NCBI GenBank assembly: GCA_963755125.1
Contig: CAVWIP010000012.1
Location: 32,001-96,000, forward strand
DNA: 64,000 bases
Origin: an uncultured delta proteobacterium
GTDB taxonomy: Bacteria > Myxococcota_A > Polyangia > Fen-1088
Reading direction: 5' to 3'
The translations under genes and the position numbers were made by a program. The first letter of the stretch is position 1; every line of letters starts with the position of its first letter. Below, piece by piece: positions 29,467 through 39,284 of this stretch. Under the pieces are notes generated by a model that had not been told where the DNA came from, searched no databases, and saw nothing but the letters and a program-made list of their open reading frames with translations.

Positions 29467-30888
29467 CTAGGTGGACGAGACCGAGAAGCAGTTGTTTATG
29501 AACTCCTGCGGCGATCCTCCGTCCGAAGAGATCTCCCAGCCCCACTGCACCTGATCAAGGGTCCAAGTGTCGTCGAATATCCCGTATTGGGTGGTGTTGT
29601 TGGCGATGAGCCAGTCCAGCATGGCCTTGATATCCACAGTGCCCGACGTGACGTTGGTGTTGCTGACGAACGAAATCGTGGCATTGCTCCCGTTGCTGCC
29701 ATAGTGGACGGTCCAGGTATAGTCGCCGATTGTGGGCTTCGTCGTTGCTACAATGGACGAGATCGGCCCCGCCTTGTACGTGTACATCCAAATCATGATC
29801 TCGATGCGCGTGTTCCCGCCGCCGGGGGTCCTGACCCATATGTCGTAGGCGGCTTCCCAGACTCCAACATTGCCGGGCACGGTAATGTCGAAACTGCTGG
29901 TGTACGTGTTGATGGAACTGAGGAGCTTCCTGGGTGAATACCCGATGTTGGGATAGGACTTGACACCGCCGGTATTGGGCTGATTGCTGGCAAAACCCCA
30001 CAAGGTCGTGTTGGTGGCCCACACGCACTCGGGGCCGGGGTTCGATCCCCAGACGTTGTTGGCGACGCTGAAGCCGCTGGTGCTGTACCCTTGCCCCTCA
30101 TTGACGCAGCTACAGAAGGCCGAGGTGACGCCCCCAGGCACGGCCGCTGGGCAGGTGGTGGCGATGGCGCTGGTGTCGTAGGTCATAGGAGTCGCGCCGC
30201 ACGGGGATGATGTGGTCCCCGCAGTGCTGGTCGCCCCGCCCGTGGCCGCCCCGCCCGTGCTGGTCGCGCCGCCGCCGCCGCGACCCCCGGTTGCCGAATT
30301 GCCGCCGGTGATGGTTGCGCCGCCGCCGCGAGAGGCACCCCCGGTCGCCGAATTGCCACCGGTGATGGACGCGCCGCCGGTGGCTCCGGTTCCACTGGTG
30401 ACGGTGTTTCCGCCTGCCCTGGTGGTGCCACCCGTGCTGGTCACACCGCCGGCCGAGTTGAGACCGCCCGAGGCGCCTCCGCCTGTCGGCGTCACGCCGC
30501 CTGTGTTCGTGTTCCCTCCCACGGGCGAGGCGCCGCCAGCGGAAAGCCCGCCGCTGCTGGTCGTCGCGCCGCCGCCAGGCGTAGTTGCCGTTGTGACCCC
30601 ACCGGATGCACCGGTGCTGGCGGTCCCACCCGGGCTGCTGGATCCGCCCATAGCTGTTGCGCCCCCAGCACTCGTCGCACCGGCGACGGGCGTCTGTCCG
30701 CCCGTTGCACCGGTGTCGCCGCCTGCCACGCTGCTGGAGTTCCCCCCGCTGCCACCCGAAACCGCCGGTGCACTCGAAGAAGAGCACCCAGCCAGAAGTG
30801 CAACGACCAAGACCGAACCGAGCCAGCGCAGATCCAGCTCGCTCTGCAAACAACTTCGTAGCCGTCGTGAGGTCAGATATCGTTCCAT
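29467..30888 (-). CDS. GH12 endoglucanase lipoprotein with Gly/Thr linker
   Basis: AGGAG RBS, lipobox LLAGC, long linker, NNVWG, VKSYPN, EAAYDIW, EIMIWM, QWGWEI. Confidence 0.88.
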   Translation of the reverse strand: MERYLTSRRLRSCLQSELDLRWLGSVLVVALLAGCSSSSAPAVSGGSGGNSSSVAGGDTGATGGQTPVAGATSAGGATAMGGSSSPGGTASTGASGGVTTATTPGGGATTSSGGLSAGGASPVGGNTNTGGVTPTGGGASGGLNSAGGVTSTGGTTRAGGNTVTSGTGATGGASITGGNSATGGASRGGGATITGGNSATGGRGGGGATSTGGAATGGATSTAGTTSSPCGATPMTYDTSAIATTCPAAVPGGVTSAFCSCVNEGQGYSTSGFSVANNVWGSNPGPECVWATNTTLWGFASNQPNTGGVKSYPNIGYSPRKLLSSINTYTSSFDITVPGNVGVWEAAYDIWVRTPGGGNTRIEIMIWMYTYKAGPISSIVATTKPTIGDYTWTVHYGSNGSNATISFVSNTNVTSGTVDIKAMLDWLIANNTTQYGIFDDTWTLDQVQWGWEISSDGGSPQEFINNCFSVSST

Positions 30889-31278
30889 GGTGACTCCTCT
30901 CAGGCCAAAGCCGGGATACAGGCTGCGCCTTCGCGCCACCTACATATATGTACAGGCAAAGCCTAAAGCTTCACTCTCACAGTAGCAGGATTGGCTTCCT
31001 CTGGCTCATTCCCCACAGCGTCCAGAAACGCATGGCGAAAGAGCGGTGCCCCTGCTCGTGCCGCACGCTGTCCTATCAAGAATGGGGTCGGGCTCGCCCG
31101 GCGACCCGTCATGTTCGCGACGATCCCACATAGTTGGTCGGCTGTCAGTGTGGGTCTCCGAAATCCGCTCGGTGGACCGATTGGACCCGCGAGCGTCGCC
31201 ATGCCCGGCATGGCCGCCAGGTGAACAGACTGAGGATCAGCCGCGCCGAGGATACAGTAGAGTGTCCCACGCGCTGAC

Positions 31279-33114
31279 ATGAAATCGGACACTACACCGC
31301 CGCTCTCTCCGCTGGGCTCGGCCCGCCCGCGCATCGAGTCCGCCGTTCCCTATCCGCCCGGCCTGATCTCGCAACTGCGCGACGCCGATCTGGGCGAGGA
31401 AGAGGCGTTCTTGGCCTGGCAGATGGGCCAGCTTGCCAGCGGGATTGACGAGGCCACGCGCCGCGATCTGGTCATCCTGGTTGCGCGATCGCTCATCAGC
31501 GGCAGTCAGGGCAGCACGCGCATGCGGCTGGCAGCGGCCGAGGCCGCGCTTGTGCGCAAGGTGCCCGCGCTGGTCGGGGTGCTGGGCGAGCGCAAGCCGC
31601 TCATCGTCGAGGGCGAGTTTCTCTATCACCAGCGGATCCTGGTTTGCGAGATGCGCCTGGCGGCGGCGATCAAGGCGCGGGCAGCCCAGCCTGGCGCAGA
31701 TGCGCAAGCCGTCACAGCAGCCGTTGCCGATGTCGCGGCCGAAAGCCGGCCGCCATTGAGCGACGAGCAACAAGCCGCGGTGACGGCTGCGCTAGGCCGC
31801 CGCCTGGCGGTGGTGAGCGGTGGCCCGGGCACGGGCAAGACCACCATCGCGCTCGCGCTTGCCCGCGGGCTCGTGCGCCTGGGCGTGCCCGCGTCCGAGC
31901 TGGCGCTGGCCGCGCCCACGGGCAAGGCGGCTAATCGCCTGCAGGAGTCCTTTCACGCCGGGCTGGCCGCACTGCCTGCACCGTCTGCGGCGGATCGAGC
32001 CCTGCAGTCCGCCTGCCCGCCGGCGCAGACCCTGCACCGCCTGCTCGGCTACTCGCCCACCACCGGCCGCTTCCGGCATCACCAGAACTACCGTCTGTCC
32101 GCACGGGCGGTGATCGTCGACGAGGGATCGATGGTCGATCTCGCGCTCATGGATCGCTTGCTGCGTGCGCTGCGCGACGATGCCGTGTTGCTGCTCCTGG
32201 GCGATGCGGATCAGTTGCCTTCGGTCGACGCCGGAGCCGTGTTCCGCGACCTCTCCAGTCTGGCTGTGCGCCTGGGCAGGAGCTTCCGCACTGACCAGGC
32301 CCAGGCTGCTGGCCGTCGCATCAGCGAGTGCGCGGCGGCCGTGCGTGCCGGGGATGGCGGCCGGCTTGTCGCCTTGCTCACGCCGCGGCCCACGACTGCG
32401 GAACTGGTCTTCGACGGCGCCGAGCTCGTGCCGGGTAAAGAGCGCGAGGCCGTGCTCGAACGCTGGCACCACGACCGGATCGCGGCCCTGCCCGAGTGGA
32501 ACCAGTTCATCGCGCACGAGTATGTTCTTGGGCCTGAGGGATTCTCGCCCGAAGACGATGACCGCCTGACTCGCCTGCACGCGCGCTTTGCGCGCCAGCG
32601 CGTGCTGTGCGTGACGCGCGAGCGACCCACCGGCGCCAACCCGGTCAATGCCTTCTTGCACAGCCTGTGTGCCGGCCCGGGCGACGAGCTTGTGCCGGGC
32701 GAGCCGGTGCTGGTTTTGCACAACGACTATGAGCGCGGCCTGTGGAACGGTGACCAGGGACTCATTCTGTCCGTCGCGCAGCCCGGCCATGCGGCCCGAC
32801 CGATGGCCGTGTTTCGCCTGTCCACGCCGGGAACCTCGGCCCCGCGCTGGCTGGCCGTCTCGCCCGGCACGTTGGCCGAGGGGCTGTCTTTGGCCTACGC
32901 CCTGACCGTGCACAAGGCGCAGGGCTCCGAGCACGACCATGTCTTGCTGCTCTTACCCGACGCGCCTCTGCCCTTGCTCACTCGCGAACTGCTGTACACC
33001 GCGCTGACCCGCGCGAGGCACTCGGTCGTGATCTGCGGCAACGCCGACGTCCTGACGGCTGGCGTGGCCACCAGTTTGACCCGCTCCTCGGGCCTGGCCG
33101 ACAAGCTGGCATAA
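31279..33114 (+). CDS. recD: Exodeoxyribonuclease V alpha subunit (RecD)
   Basis: SGGPGTGKTT, AAPTGKAA, TLHRLLG, VDEGSMVD, LGDADQLPSV, YALTVHKAQGSE, RELLYTALTRAR. Confidence 0.92.
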   Translation: MKSDTTPPLSPLGSARPRIESAVPYPPGLISQLRDADLGEEEAFLAWQMGQLASGIDEATRRDLVILVARSLISGSQGSTRMRLAAAEAALVRKVPALVGVLGERKPLIVEGEFLYHQRILVCEMRLAAAIKARAAQPGADAQAVTAAVADVAAESRPPLSDEQQAAVTAALGRRLAVVSGGPGTGKTTIALALARGLVRLGVPASELALAAPTGKAANRLQESFHAGLAALPAPSAADRALQSACPPAQTLHRLLGYSPTTGRFRHHQNYRLSARAVIVDEGSMVDLALMDRLLRALRDDAVLLLLGDADQLPSVDAGAVFRDLSSLAVRLGRSFRTDQAQAAGRRISECAAAVRAGDGGRLVALLTPRPTTAELVFDGAELVPGKEREAVLERWHHDRIAALPEWNQFIAHEYVLGPEGFSPEDDDRLTRLHARFARQRVLCVTRERPTGANPVNAFLHSLCAGPGDELVPGEPVLVLHNDYERGLWNGDQGLILSVAQPGHAARPMAVFRLSTPGTSAPRWLAVSPGTLAEGLSLAYALTVHKAQGSEHDHVLLLLPDAPLPLLTRELLYTALTRARHSVVICGNADVLTAGVATSLTRSSGLADKLA

Positions 33115-33243
33115 CTATTGTCGCGACCCTTTCGGATGCGTGTCAGAACCAGACACGGTGCTCCGGGCGCCTGGACGGCCGCGTGCTAGCCTTGTTGGGT
33201 AAACGCGAGCTACGTCGATAGACACTCAACGAGGCTACCGTCG

Positions 33244-34458
33244 GTGGCGAAGTCAGAAACTGAAGATGCGCCCGTGACACCGATTCCGGCGGTGTCGCAC
33301 GAGCGCGCCAGCCCCGCCAGGCTGGAGGCGGAGGTGCGGATCGTCAGCCAGAGCCCCATCGTGAGCGCGCTGCTGGAGGCCGCGGACGCGGGGCTGCTGG
33401 TGCTCAACCACGAACGGCAGATCCTGGCCGCCAACCGCGCGCCCTTGCTGGAGAGCCTGCGGCACAAACGGCGCAGCATCGGCTTGCGGCCCGGCGAGTT
33501 CTTCGCGTGTCCCCGCGCCGCTGAGCAGCCGCAGGGTTGTGGTGCTGGCGAGCACTGCCTGGCGTGCGGAACCTTCCAGGCGGTCACCCAGTCGCAGGCC
33601 GGCCGGATCACCGTCGAGCAGGAGTGCCTACTGACCTCGGGTGACGGCGCGGACGCCACGCCGCTGGAATTGAACGTGCGCGCCACTCAGGTGGACATCG
33701 GCGGCAAGGACTACACTGTGGTGTCCCTGCGCGACATCAGTCATGAAAAACGCCGTCAGGCGCTGGAGCGGATTTTCTTCCACGACGTCCTCAACACGCT
33801 GTCGGCACTGTCCAACTGGACCCACCTGCTCAACAACTCCGATGGCGAGCGGCAAGACCGCGCACGCGAGCGTGTCAGCCGCTTGGTGGGCCAGCTTGAA
33901 CGGGAGATCCAGCTCCAGCGCACGCTGCTGGAGGCCGAACAGGGCACGCTGCGGCCCCAGCGCGTCGCGGTCGCGCCGGCGGCGCTGCTCGCCGATCTGC
34001 GCGGCACGTTCGCGGACACGCAGGCCGCCCGGCAGCGCAGCCTGACAGTGGAAGATCGCTGCCCCAGCGTGGAACTCGTCACCGATCCCGTGCTGCTCGG
34101 CCGGGTGTTGACCAACATGGTGAAGAATGCGTTCGAGGCCACGCCAGTCGGCGGCCAGGTTCGTCTGTGGTGCGAGCGCCAGACCGCTCCGAGTGCCGCC
34201 AGCGAGCTGGCGCCGCGCGACCTGATTGCGTTCCACGTGCACAACCCGGGTGAGATCCCGCCGGCGGTTGCAGCGCGCATCTTCCGGCGCTCGTTCACCA
34301 CCAAGACCGGCACGGGACACGGACTGGGCACCTATGGCATGCGATTGCTGGGCGAGCGCTACCTGGGGGGCCGGGTCAGCTTCACCACTAGCGCCGCAGA
34401 GGGCACAGTGTTTTCGATCCGTCTGCCGCTGCCCGCGGCGGTCGCCGCGGGGATTTGA
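33244..34458 (+). CDS. Cytoplasmic sensor histidine kinase with Cys-rich PAS-like input
   Basis: FFHDVLN (H-box), NMVKNAFEA, FTTK, GHGLGTY; input motif CPRA..GCGAGEHCLACG. Confidence 0.9.
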   Translation: MAKSETEDAPVTPIPAVSHERASPARLEAEVRIVSQSPIVSALLEAADAGLLVLNHERQILAANRAPLLESLRHKRRSIGLRPGEFFACPRAAEQPQGCGAGEHCLACGTFQAVTQSQAGRITVEQECLLTSGDGADATPLELNVRATQVDIGGKDYTVVSLRDISHEKRRQALERIFFHDVLNTLSALSNWTHLLNNSDGERQDRARERVSRLVGQLEREIQLQRTLLEAEQGTLRPQRVAVAPAALLADLRGTFADTQAARQRSLTVEDRCPSVELVTDPVLLGRVLTNMVKNAFEATPVGGQVRLWCERQTAPSAASELAPRDLIAFHVHNPGEIPPAVAARIFRRSFTTKTGTGHGLGTYGMRLLGERYLGGRVSFTTSAAEGTVFSIRLPLPAAVAAGI

Positions 34459-34522
34459 TCTTCGCCGCTAGCCTGCGGGGGAGCCGCCGCGCCGGCCGCT
34501 CGATTCTACACCATGCCCACAC

Positions 34523-34546
34523 GGGGCGACCGCAGGTCGCGCCCAC
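34523..34546. repeat. REP-like palindrome (family A variant)
   Basis: GGGGCGACCGCAGGTCGCGCCCAC. Confidence 0.7.
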
Positions 34547-34632
34547 ACACGCCGGTCGATGCGCGCGGGGTTGTCAGGGCCACGGTCACAGCTTCTGGCA
34601 CCGCCACCGCCCCTGTCCCCGTTCGCGGCTCT

Positions 34633-34656
34633 GCCACGGCCACGGCCACGGCCACG
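34633..34656. repeat. (GCCACG)x4 hexamer tandem repeat within a degenerate hexamer tract
   Basis: Visible directly upstream of glnS. Confidence 0.7.
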
Positions 34657-34728
34657 ACCTTCTGCGACTACCTGGGGATTCCCTTCTTCAATTGGACATT
34701 GTCCGTCGATGACCGTAGTTTTGCCTCC

Positions 34729-36423
34729 ATGAGCGGCTCTGAAAACAATCCAGCCCCAGCCACGAACTTCCTGGAAGAGATCGTCAACGACGATCTCGCG
34801 CAGGGGAAGAACCAGGGGCGCGTACACACCCGGTTTCCGCCCGAGCCCAATGGCTACCTGCACATCGGCCACGCCAAGTCCATCTGCCTCAACTTCGGCC
34901 TGGCGGCGAAGTACGCCGGCAAGTGCAACCTGCGCTACGACGACACCAACCCCAGCACCGAGGACGTGGAGTACGTGGAGTCCATCGAAGAGGACGTGGC
35001 CTGGCTAGGCTTCCGCTGGAACGGCCAGCCGCTCTATGCCTCGGACTACTTCGACGAGATCTATCGGCTGACCGAGATCCTGATCGAGAACGACAAGGCC
35101 TACGTCGACGACCTGTCGGCCGAGCAGATCAGCGAGTACCGCGGCAACTTCTACAAGCCGGGCCAGGACAGTCCCTTTCGCAACCGCCCGGTGGCCGAGA
35201 ATCTGGATCTTTTTCGCCGCATGCGGGCGGGCGAATTTGCCGACGGCTCGCGTGTGCTGCGCGCCAAGATCGACATGCGCCACCCCAACCTCAACATGCG
35301 CGACCCGCCGCTCTACCGCATCAAGAAGGCGCCCCACCACCGCACCGGCGACAAGTGGTGCATCTACCCGATGTACGACTATGCCCATCCCATCTCCGAC
35401 GCACTGGAAGGGATCACGCATTCCATCTGCACTCTGGAATTCGAGGACCACCGCCCACTGTACGACTGGACCATCGAGAACCTGCCGCTCACTTACCGGC
35501 CGCGCCAGATCGAGTTCGCGCGACTGAACCTGACCTACACCTTGATGAGCAAGCGCAAGCTGCTTCAGCTCGTCGAGGAGAAGCTGGTTTCAGGCTGGAA
35601 CGATCCGCGCATGCCGAGCCTGAGCGGCCTGCGCCGGCGCGGCTACACGCCCGAGGCCATCCGCGCCTTTGCCGAACGCATCGGCGTGGCCAAGAACGAC
35701 AGCATCGTGGACGTGAGCCTGCTGGAATTCGCCATTCGCGAGGATCTGGAAAAGCGCGCGCCACGGGCCATGGCGGTGCTGCGACCGCTCAAGATCGTCA
35801 TCGACAACTTCCCCGAGGGCCAGGTGGAGTGGTTCGAGGCGGCCAACCATCCCGACAATCCTGCGATGGGCACGCGCAAGATTCCCTTCACCAAGGTCGT
35901 GTACATCGAGCGCGACGACTTCTGCGAGGTGCCGCCCAAGAAGTGGTTCCGGCTTTCGCCGGGCGCGGAGATTCGTCTGCGCTGGGCCTGCCTGATCAGA
36001 TGCGTGAGCGTGGTCAAGAACGCGGCGGGTGAAATTGAGGAACTGCACTGCACCTGGGATCCTGCCTCGCGCGGAGGCGACGCGCCCGACGGCCGGCGGG
36101 TCAAGGGCACCTCGCACTGGGTTTCTGCCGCGCACGCCAAGCCGGCGATGGTGCGCCTGTATGACCGCCTGTTCACCAAGGCAAATCCTGGCGAAGGCGG
36201 CGCGGATTTCCGCACCTGCCTCAATCCCAATTCATTGCAGGTGGTGTCCGACGCGCAAATCGAGCCGGCCCTGGCCGAGGCCGCGCCCGGCAGCCGCTTC
36301 CAGTTCGAGCGATTGGGCTATTTCTGTGTGGACACGCTGGACTCCAAGCCCGGCCAGCCGGTATTCAACCGCACCGTGGCCTTGCGCGATTCGTGGGCCA
36401 AGCTGGCGGAGACCACGAAGTAG
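34729..36423 (+). CDS. glnS: Glutamine--tRNA ligase
   Basis: [49 protein letters not shown]. Confidence 0.98.
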   Translation: MSGSENNPAPATNFLEEIVNDDLAQGKNQGRVHTRFPPEPNGYLHIGHAKSICLNFGLAAKYAGKCNLRYDDTNPSTEDVEYVESIEEDVAWLGFRWNGQPLYASDYFDEIYRLTEILIENDKAYVDDLSAEQISEYRGNFYKPGQDSPFRNRPVAENLDLFRRMRAGEFADGSRVLRAKIDMRHPNLNMRDPPLYRIKKAPHHRTGDKWCIYPMYDYAHPISDALEGITHSICTLEFEDHRPLYDWTIENLPLTYRPRQIEFARLNLTYTLMSKRKLLQLVEEKLVSGWNDPRMPSLSGLRRRGYTPEAIRAFAERIGVAKNDSIVDVSLLEFAIREDLEKRAPRAMAVLRPLKIVIDNFPEGQVEWFEAANHPDNPAMGTRKIPFTKVVYIERDDFCEVPPKKWFRLSPGAEIRLRWACLIRCVSVVKNAAGEIEELHCTWDPASRGGDAPDGRRVKGTSHWVSAAHAKPAMVRLYDRLFTKANPGEGGADFRTCLNPNSLQVVSDAQIEPALAEAAPGSRFQFERLGYFCVDTLDSKPGQPVFNRTVALRDSWAKLAETTK

Positions 36424-36466
36424 ACAGCGGCCGATAGCTGGCACCGCAAATGTGCATAGTTTCGCC

Positions 36467-36845
36467 ATGATCGCGGCTACGGAGGCGAGAGAGGGAAGGA
36501 TTCGGCTGAAGGACGGCCGCACGATCACGTTTGCCCAATATGGGACTGACGGCGGCACACCGGTCGTGTTTTGCCAGGGTACCCCGAGCAGCCGCCTCAT
36601 GCATCCCCCGAGGCCATCCCGTGCCGGTTCGGATCTGGCAGGGCGAGCTGGACAACAGTACGCCTCTGGGAATGGCGAAGGGAATGGCCGAACGTATTCC
36701 CTCATCCACCCTCAGCGTCCTACCGGGACAAGGACACATGTTCATTTACGGTCCACTCTGGCGCTCAATTCTCGGCGACCTTCTCGGAACTCGAAGCCGT
36801 CATCCGCCCACTCTCTCTTCCGCAGCCCCTGAACCCGCAAAATAG
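36467..36845 (+). pseudogene. Alpha/beta hydrolase remnant with central deletion and frameshift
   Basis: N-terminal LKDGRTITFAQYG..G.PVVFCQGTPSSR joined out of frame to C-terminal PVRIWQGELDNSTP...PGQGH; GxSxG core absent. Confidence 0.75.
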
Positions 36846-36865
36846 GGGACAGACTCGCCCTGCTC

Positions 36866-39259
36866 TCATTTGTCGATTCTGCGCGCGTCCGCCTTCCTTC
36901 GCCTCGGAAACCACCCACCGACAACCAACCCCACCATCACTGCCAGCGACAGGAGTGTCACCAGCGCCCCCACCCGCAATCCGGGTGTTCTGAACTCCAT
37001 TGCAATCCTGTGGGTGCCGGGAGCCACGGCCACCGCACGCATGATGAGATTCGCTCTGAGGATCGGCACACTCTGGCCGTCCAGGGTGGCGTGCCATCCC
37101 TTCTCATATTGTTCCACGAACACTGCCAGCGCCGGCCGCTCAACCTGGCAAGTCGCCTGCAGGCGTTTGCTGGAATAGGAATCGAGGGCGCAGGTGCCCG
37201 GTGGCGGATCAGCCGGACCAAGAAGGGCCTGGACACCGGAAGCAGGGGCGAGCCAGACCGTGCGGCCGGCCACTACGTCTGGATCGAGGATCCGACGGAG
37301 CGCGGCTGCGTCGTCCGCCACCTGGGCCTGTCCGACCAGAAACACCTGCGGCAGTGCGCCGGGGACGCGGTACAGCCGCGTGCCCGGCAAGGGATCGAGC
37401 ATAGGCTTGATGCCCGTGCGCTTCTCGGGATCCCGCGGATCCTCGACCGGCAACAGGGCATAGCGCGCCCCGAGCAAACGCAACACCGATTGTCCTTCGG
37501 CCAACCCGGATTTCCAGATGTGATCGAACGCCACCGGAATGGCGGCATCGTAGCCGGGCAAAGTGGCAATGCCCCAATTGTTGGCAGTATTGGTAATCAA
37601 GGTTTGCAATAGCCGCAACTCGCCCAATTCGGGCGGAGGTGGCGGCACGAACTGGCCCACGTAGCGCAATGCATTGTCGGCGCGATAGAGACGCGGCGGC
37701 TCGCCGTGGCCAGGGCTGTCCGCCAACACTGCCCGCGCCGCCGGCGGAATCGCGCCGGCCAGCATGCGCGGACTGTAGCTCAACAGCGGCAGGGTGGCGA
37801 CGGCCAGGTCCGCGGTCACGCTGACCGCGAGCAGCCAGGCCGCGAGGCGCGGGCGACGTCCGGCCAGCAACTGGATCGCCAGCACGCACCCCACACCGGC
37901 TGCTCCGTGCAAAGCGCCCGCGGTCACGTGACGGGCCCAGCCAGCGGGCAACATGAAGTGCGCTCCAGCGGCCGACCCAAGCCCCAGCGCCAGCAGAATG
38001 GCGTTCCGTCTCCACGGCTGGCGCTGACTGGAAAGAATGCGCTCCGCACCCAGGGCGGCCAGCAGCACCGTCCAGCCGACGAACAGCACGGTGTACTTCT
38101 CGGGGAACCGCATGTACGCCATGGGCGGAACCAGGTGCCGGAACCACCCATGCACGGGCAGGTACTTGCCAAACGCGAGCAGCAAGACAAAACCAGCACA
38201 GCCAGCCAGGGCAGAAGCCAGCGCGCGCCGCCGCCCGAAGGCCGCTAGTGCCAGCCCAACCACGCTCGCACCCAGGTACATGCTGAACGAAAGCGGCAAG
38301 TGCCCGAGGCGCGCGTCACCGATCCAGCGCCGGGTAGGGGCGAAGTCCTCGGAGTTCCCCATCGAACCGGGCGCCACGAACTCGAACAGGCGCAGCGGGT
38401 GCAGCGACCAGCCCTCGGCGTCGGCCTTGCGCAACGGTTCCGCCCGCTCGCTGCTGGTCATTAGCGCGCGCACCGGGACCAGAACCACCGCGCTCACACC
38501 AGCACCCAGCGCGAGCGTCAGTGCAAAAGCACCCAGCCGGCGGCGTGGAAAGTGGGCCGCTGCAGATTGGCCACGCTCGACCATCCCCACCACCGCCACC
38601 GTGGCCAGGGCGAAGCCCACGCCCATCAGGGCCACGAACAGCTCGCCCAGCAGCAGGGCGCACGCGGTGGGCACGGCGGCCTTCACCACGCCCACGAGCC
38701 AGCCGCGATCGTTGCGGCGCAGGCTGTCGAGCAAGGCCAGATGCCCGACGGCAATCCAGGGTAGCCAGGAGCCCCCCAGCATGCGCAGCCCCGACGCCCA
38801 CTGTGCCGTGGTGTAGCCGGAAAGCCCCCAGGCCAGGGCGGCGATCGCGGCGGCCACGGGCGAAGCCTTGAATCGCCTGGCCAGCAGGAGCATACCGGCG
38901 CTGCCCCACAGAAGATGGAGCAGATCCTGCCAGCTGACCATGCTGCCGACCCACCCGTCGGGGACGAGCAGATAGAACCAGTTGGGTGGGTAAAAGACGC
39001 CGTACTGCGGATTGCCGAAGACAGCGAAGCCGAGCGCCTGGAGCGGATTCCACTCTGGCAACTCGCCGCGCAGGAACGAGTCGCGCAGGAGCCAGCGCAG
39101 GGGAAACAGATAGTGGGCCACGTCGCGCTGGAATACGATCTGCCCCAGAAACAGCGGCGTGTGCAGCACGCAGAGAACCAGCTCGACGGCGAGCAAGGCG
39201 CGCCAGGCTTGCCCGCTGGCCCGACCTGCTTCCATACTGCGCGGATCCGTAGTGTTCAT
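36866..39259 (-). CDS. YfhO-like polytopic membrane protein (GT-C type)
   Basis: RD..HY, GELPEWNP, FYPPNW, RFPEKY, C-terminal YEKGWHATLDG..RANLIMRAV..G.H.I. Confidence 0.85.
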   Translation of the reverse strand: MNTTDPRSMEAGRASGQAWRALLAVELVLCVLHTPLFLGQIVFQRDVAHYLFPLRWLLRDSFLRGELPEWNPLQALGFAVFGNPQYGVFYPPNWFYLLVPDGWVGSMVSWQDLLHLLWGSAGMLLLARRFKASPVAAAIAALAWGLSGYTTAQWASGLRMLGGSWLPWIAVGHLALLDSLRRNDRGWLVGVVKAAVPTACALLLGELFVALMGVGFALATVAVVGMVERGQSAAAHFPRRRLGAFALTLALGAGVSAVVLVPVRALMTSSERAEPLRKADAEGWSLHPLRLFEFVAPGSMGNSEDFAPTRRWIGDARLGHLPLSFSMYLGASVVGLALAAFGRRRALASALAGCAGFVLLLAFGKYLPVHGWFRHLVPPMAYMRFPEKYTVLFVGWTVLLAALGAERILSSQRQPWRRNAILLALGLGSAAGAHFMLPAGWARHVTAGALHGAAGVGCVLAIQLLAGRRPRLAAWLLAVSVTADLAVATLPLLSYSPRMLAGAIPPAARAVLADSPGHGEPPRLYRADNALRYVGQFVPPPPPELGELRLLQTLITNTANNWGIATLPGYDAAIPVAFDHIWKSGLAEGQSVLRLLGARYALLPVEDPRDPEKRTGIKPMLDPLPGTRLYRVPGALPQVFLVGQAQVADDAAALRRILDPDVVAGRTVWLAPASGVQALLGPADPPPGTCALDSYSSKRLQATCQVERPALAVFVEQYEKGWHATLDGQSVPILRANLIMRAVAVAPGTHRIAMEFRTPGLRVGALVTLLSLAVMVGLVVGGWFPRRRKADARRIDK

Positions 39260-39284
39260 GCTGCGGCCTGCTCGTCGGAGAACG

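Noticed and set aside
27200..31200. Integron cassette array or prophage in the accessory stretch
   Set aside because: No integrase, no recognisable repeated attC sites and no phage genes
34513..34728. N-terminal extension of GlnS given in the ORF track
   Set aside because: It is a translated REP plus hexamer repeat; homology starts near the ATG at 34729
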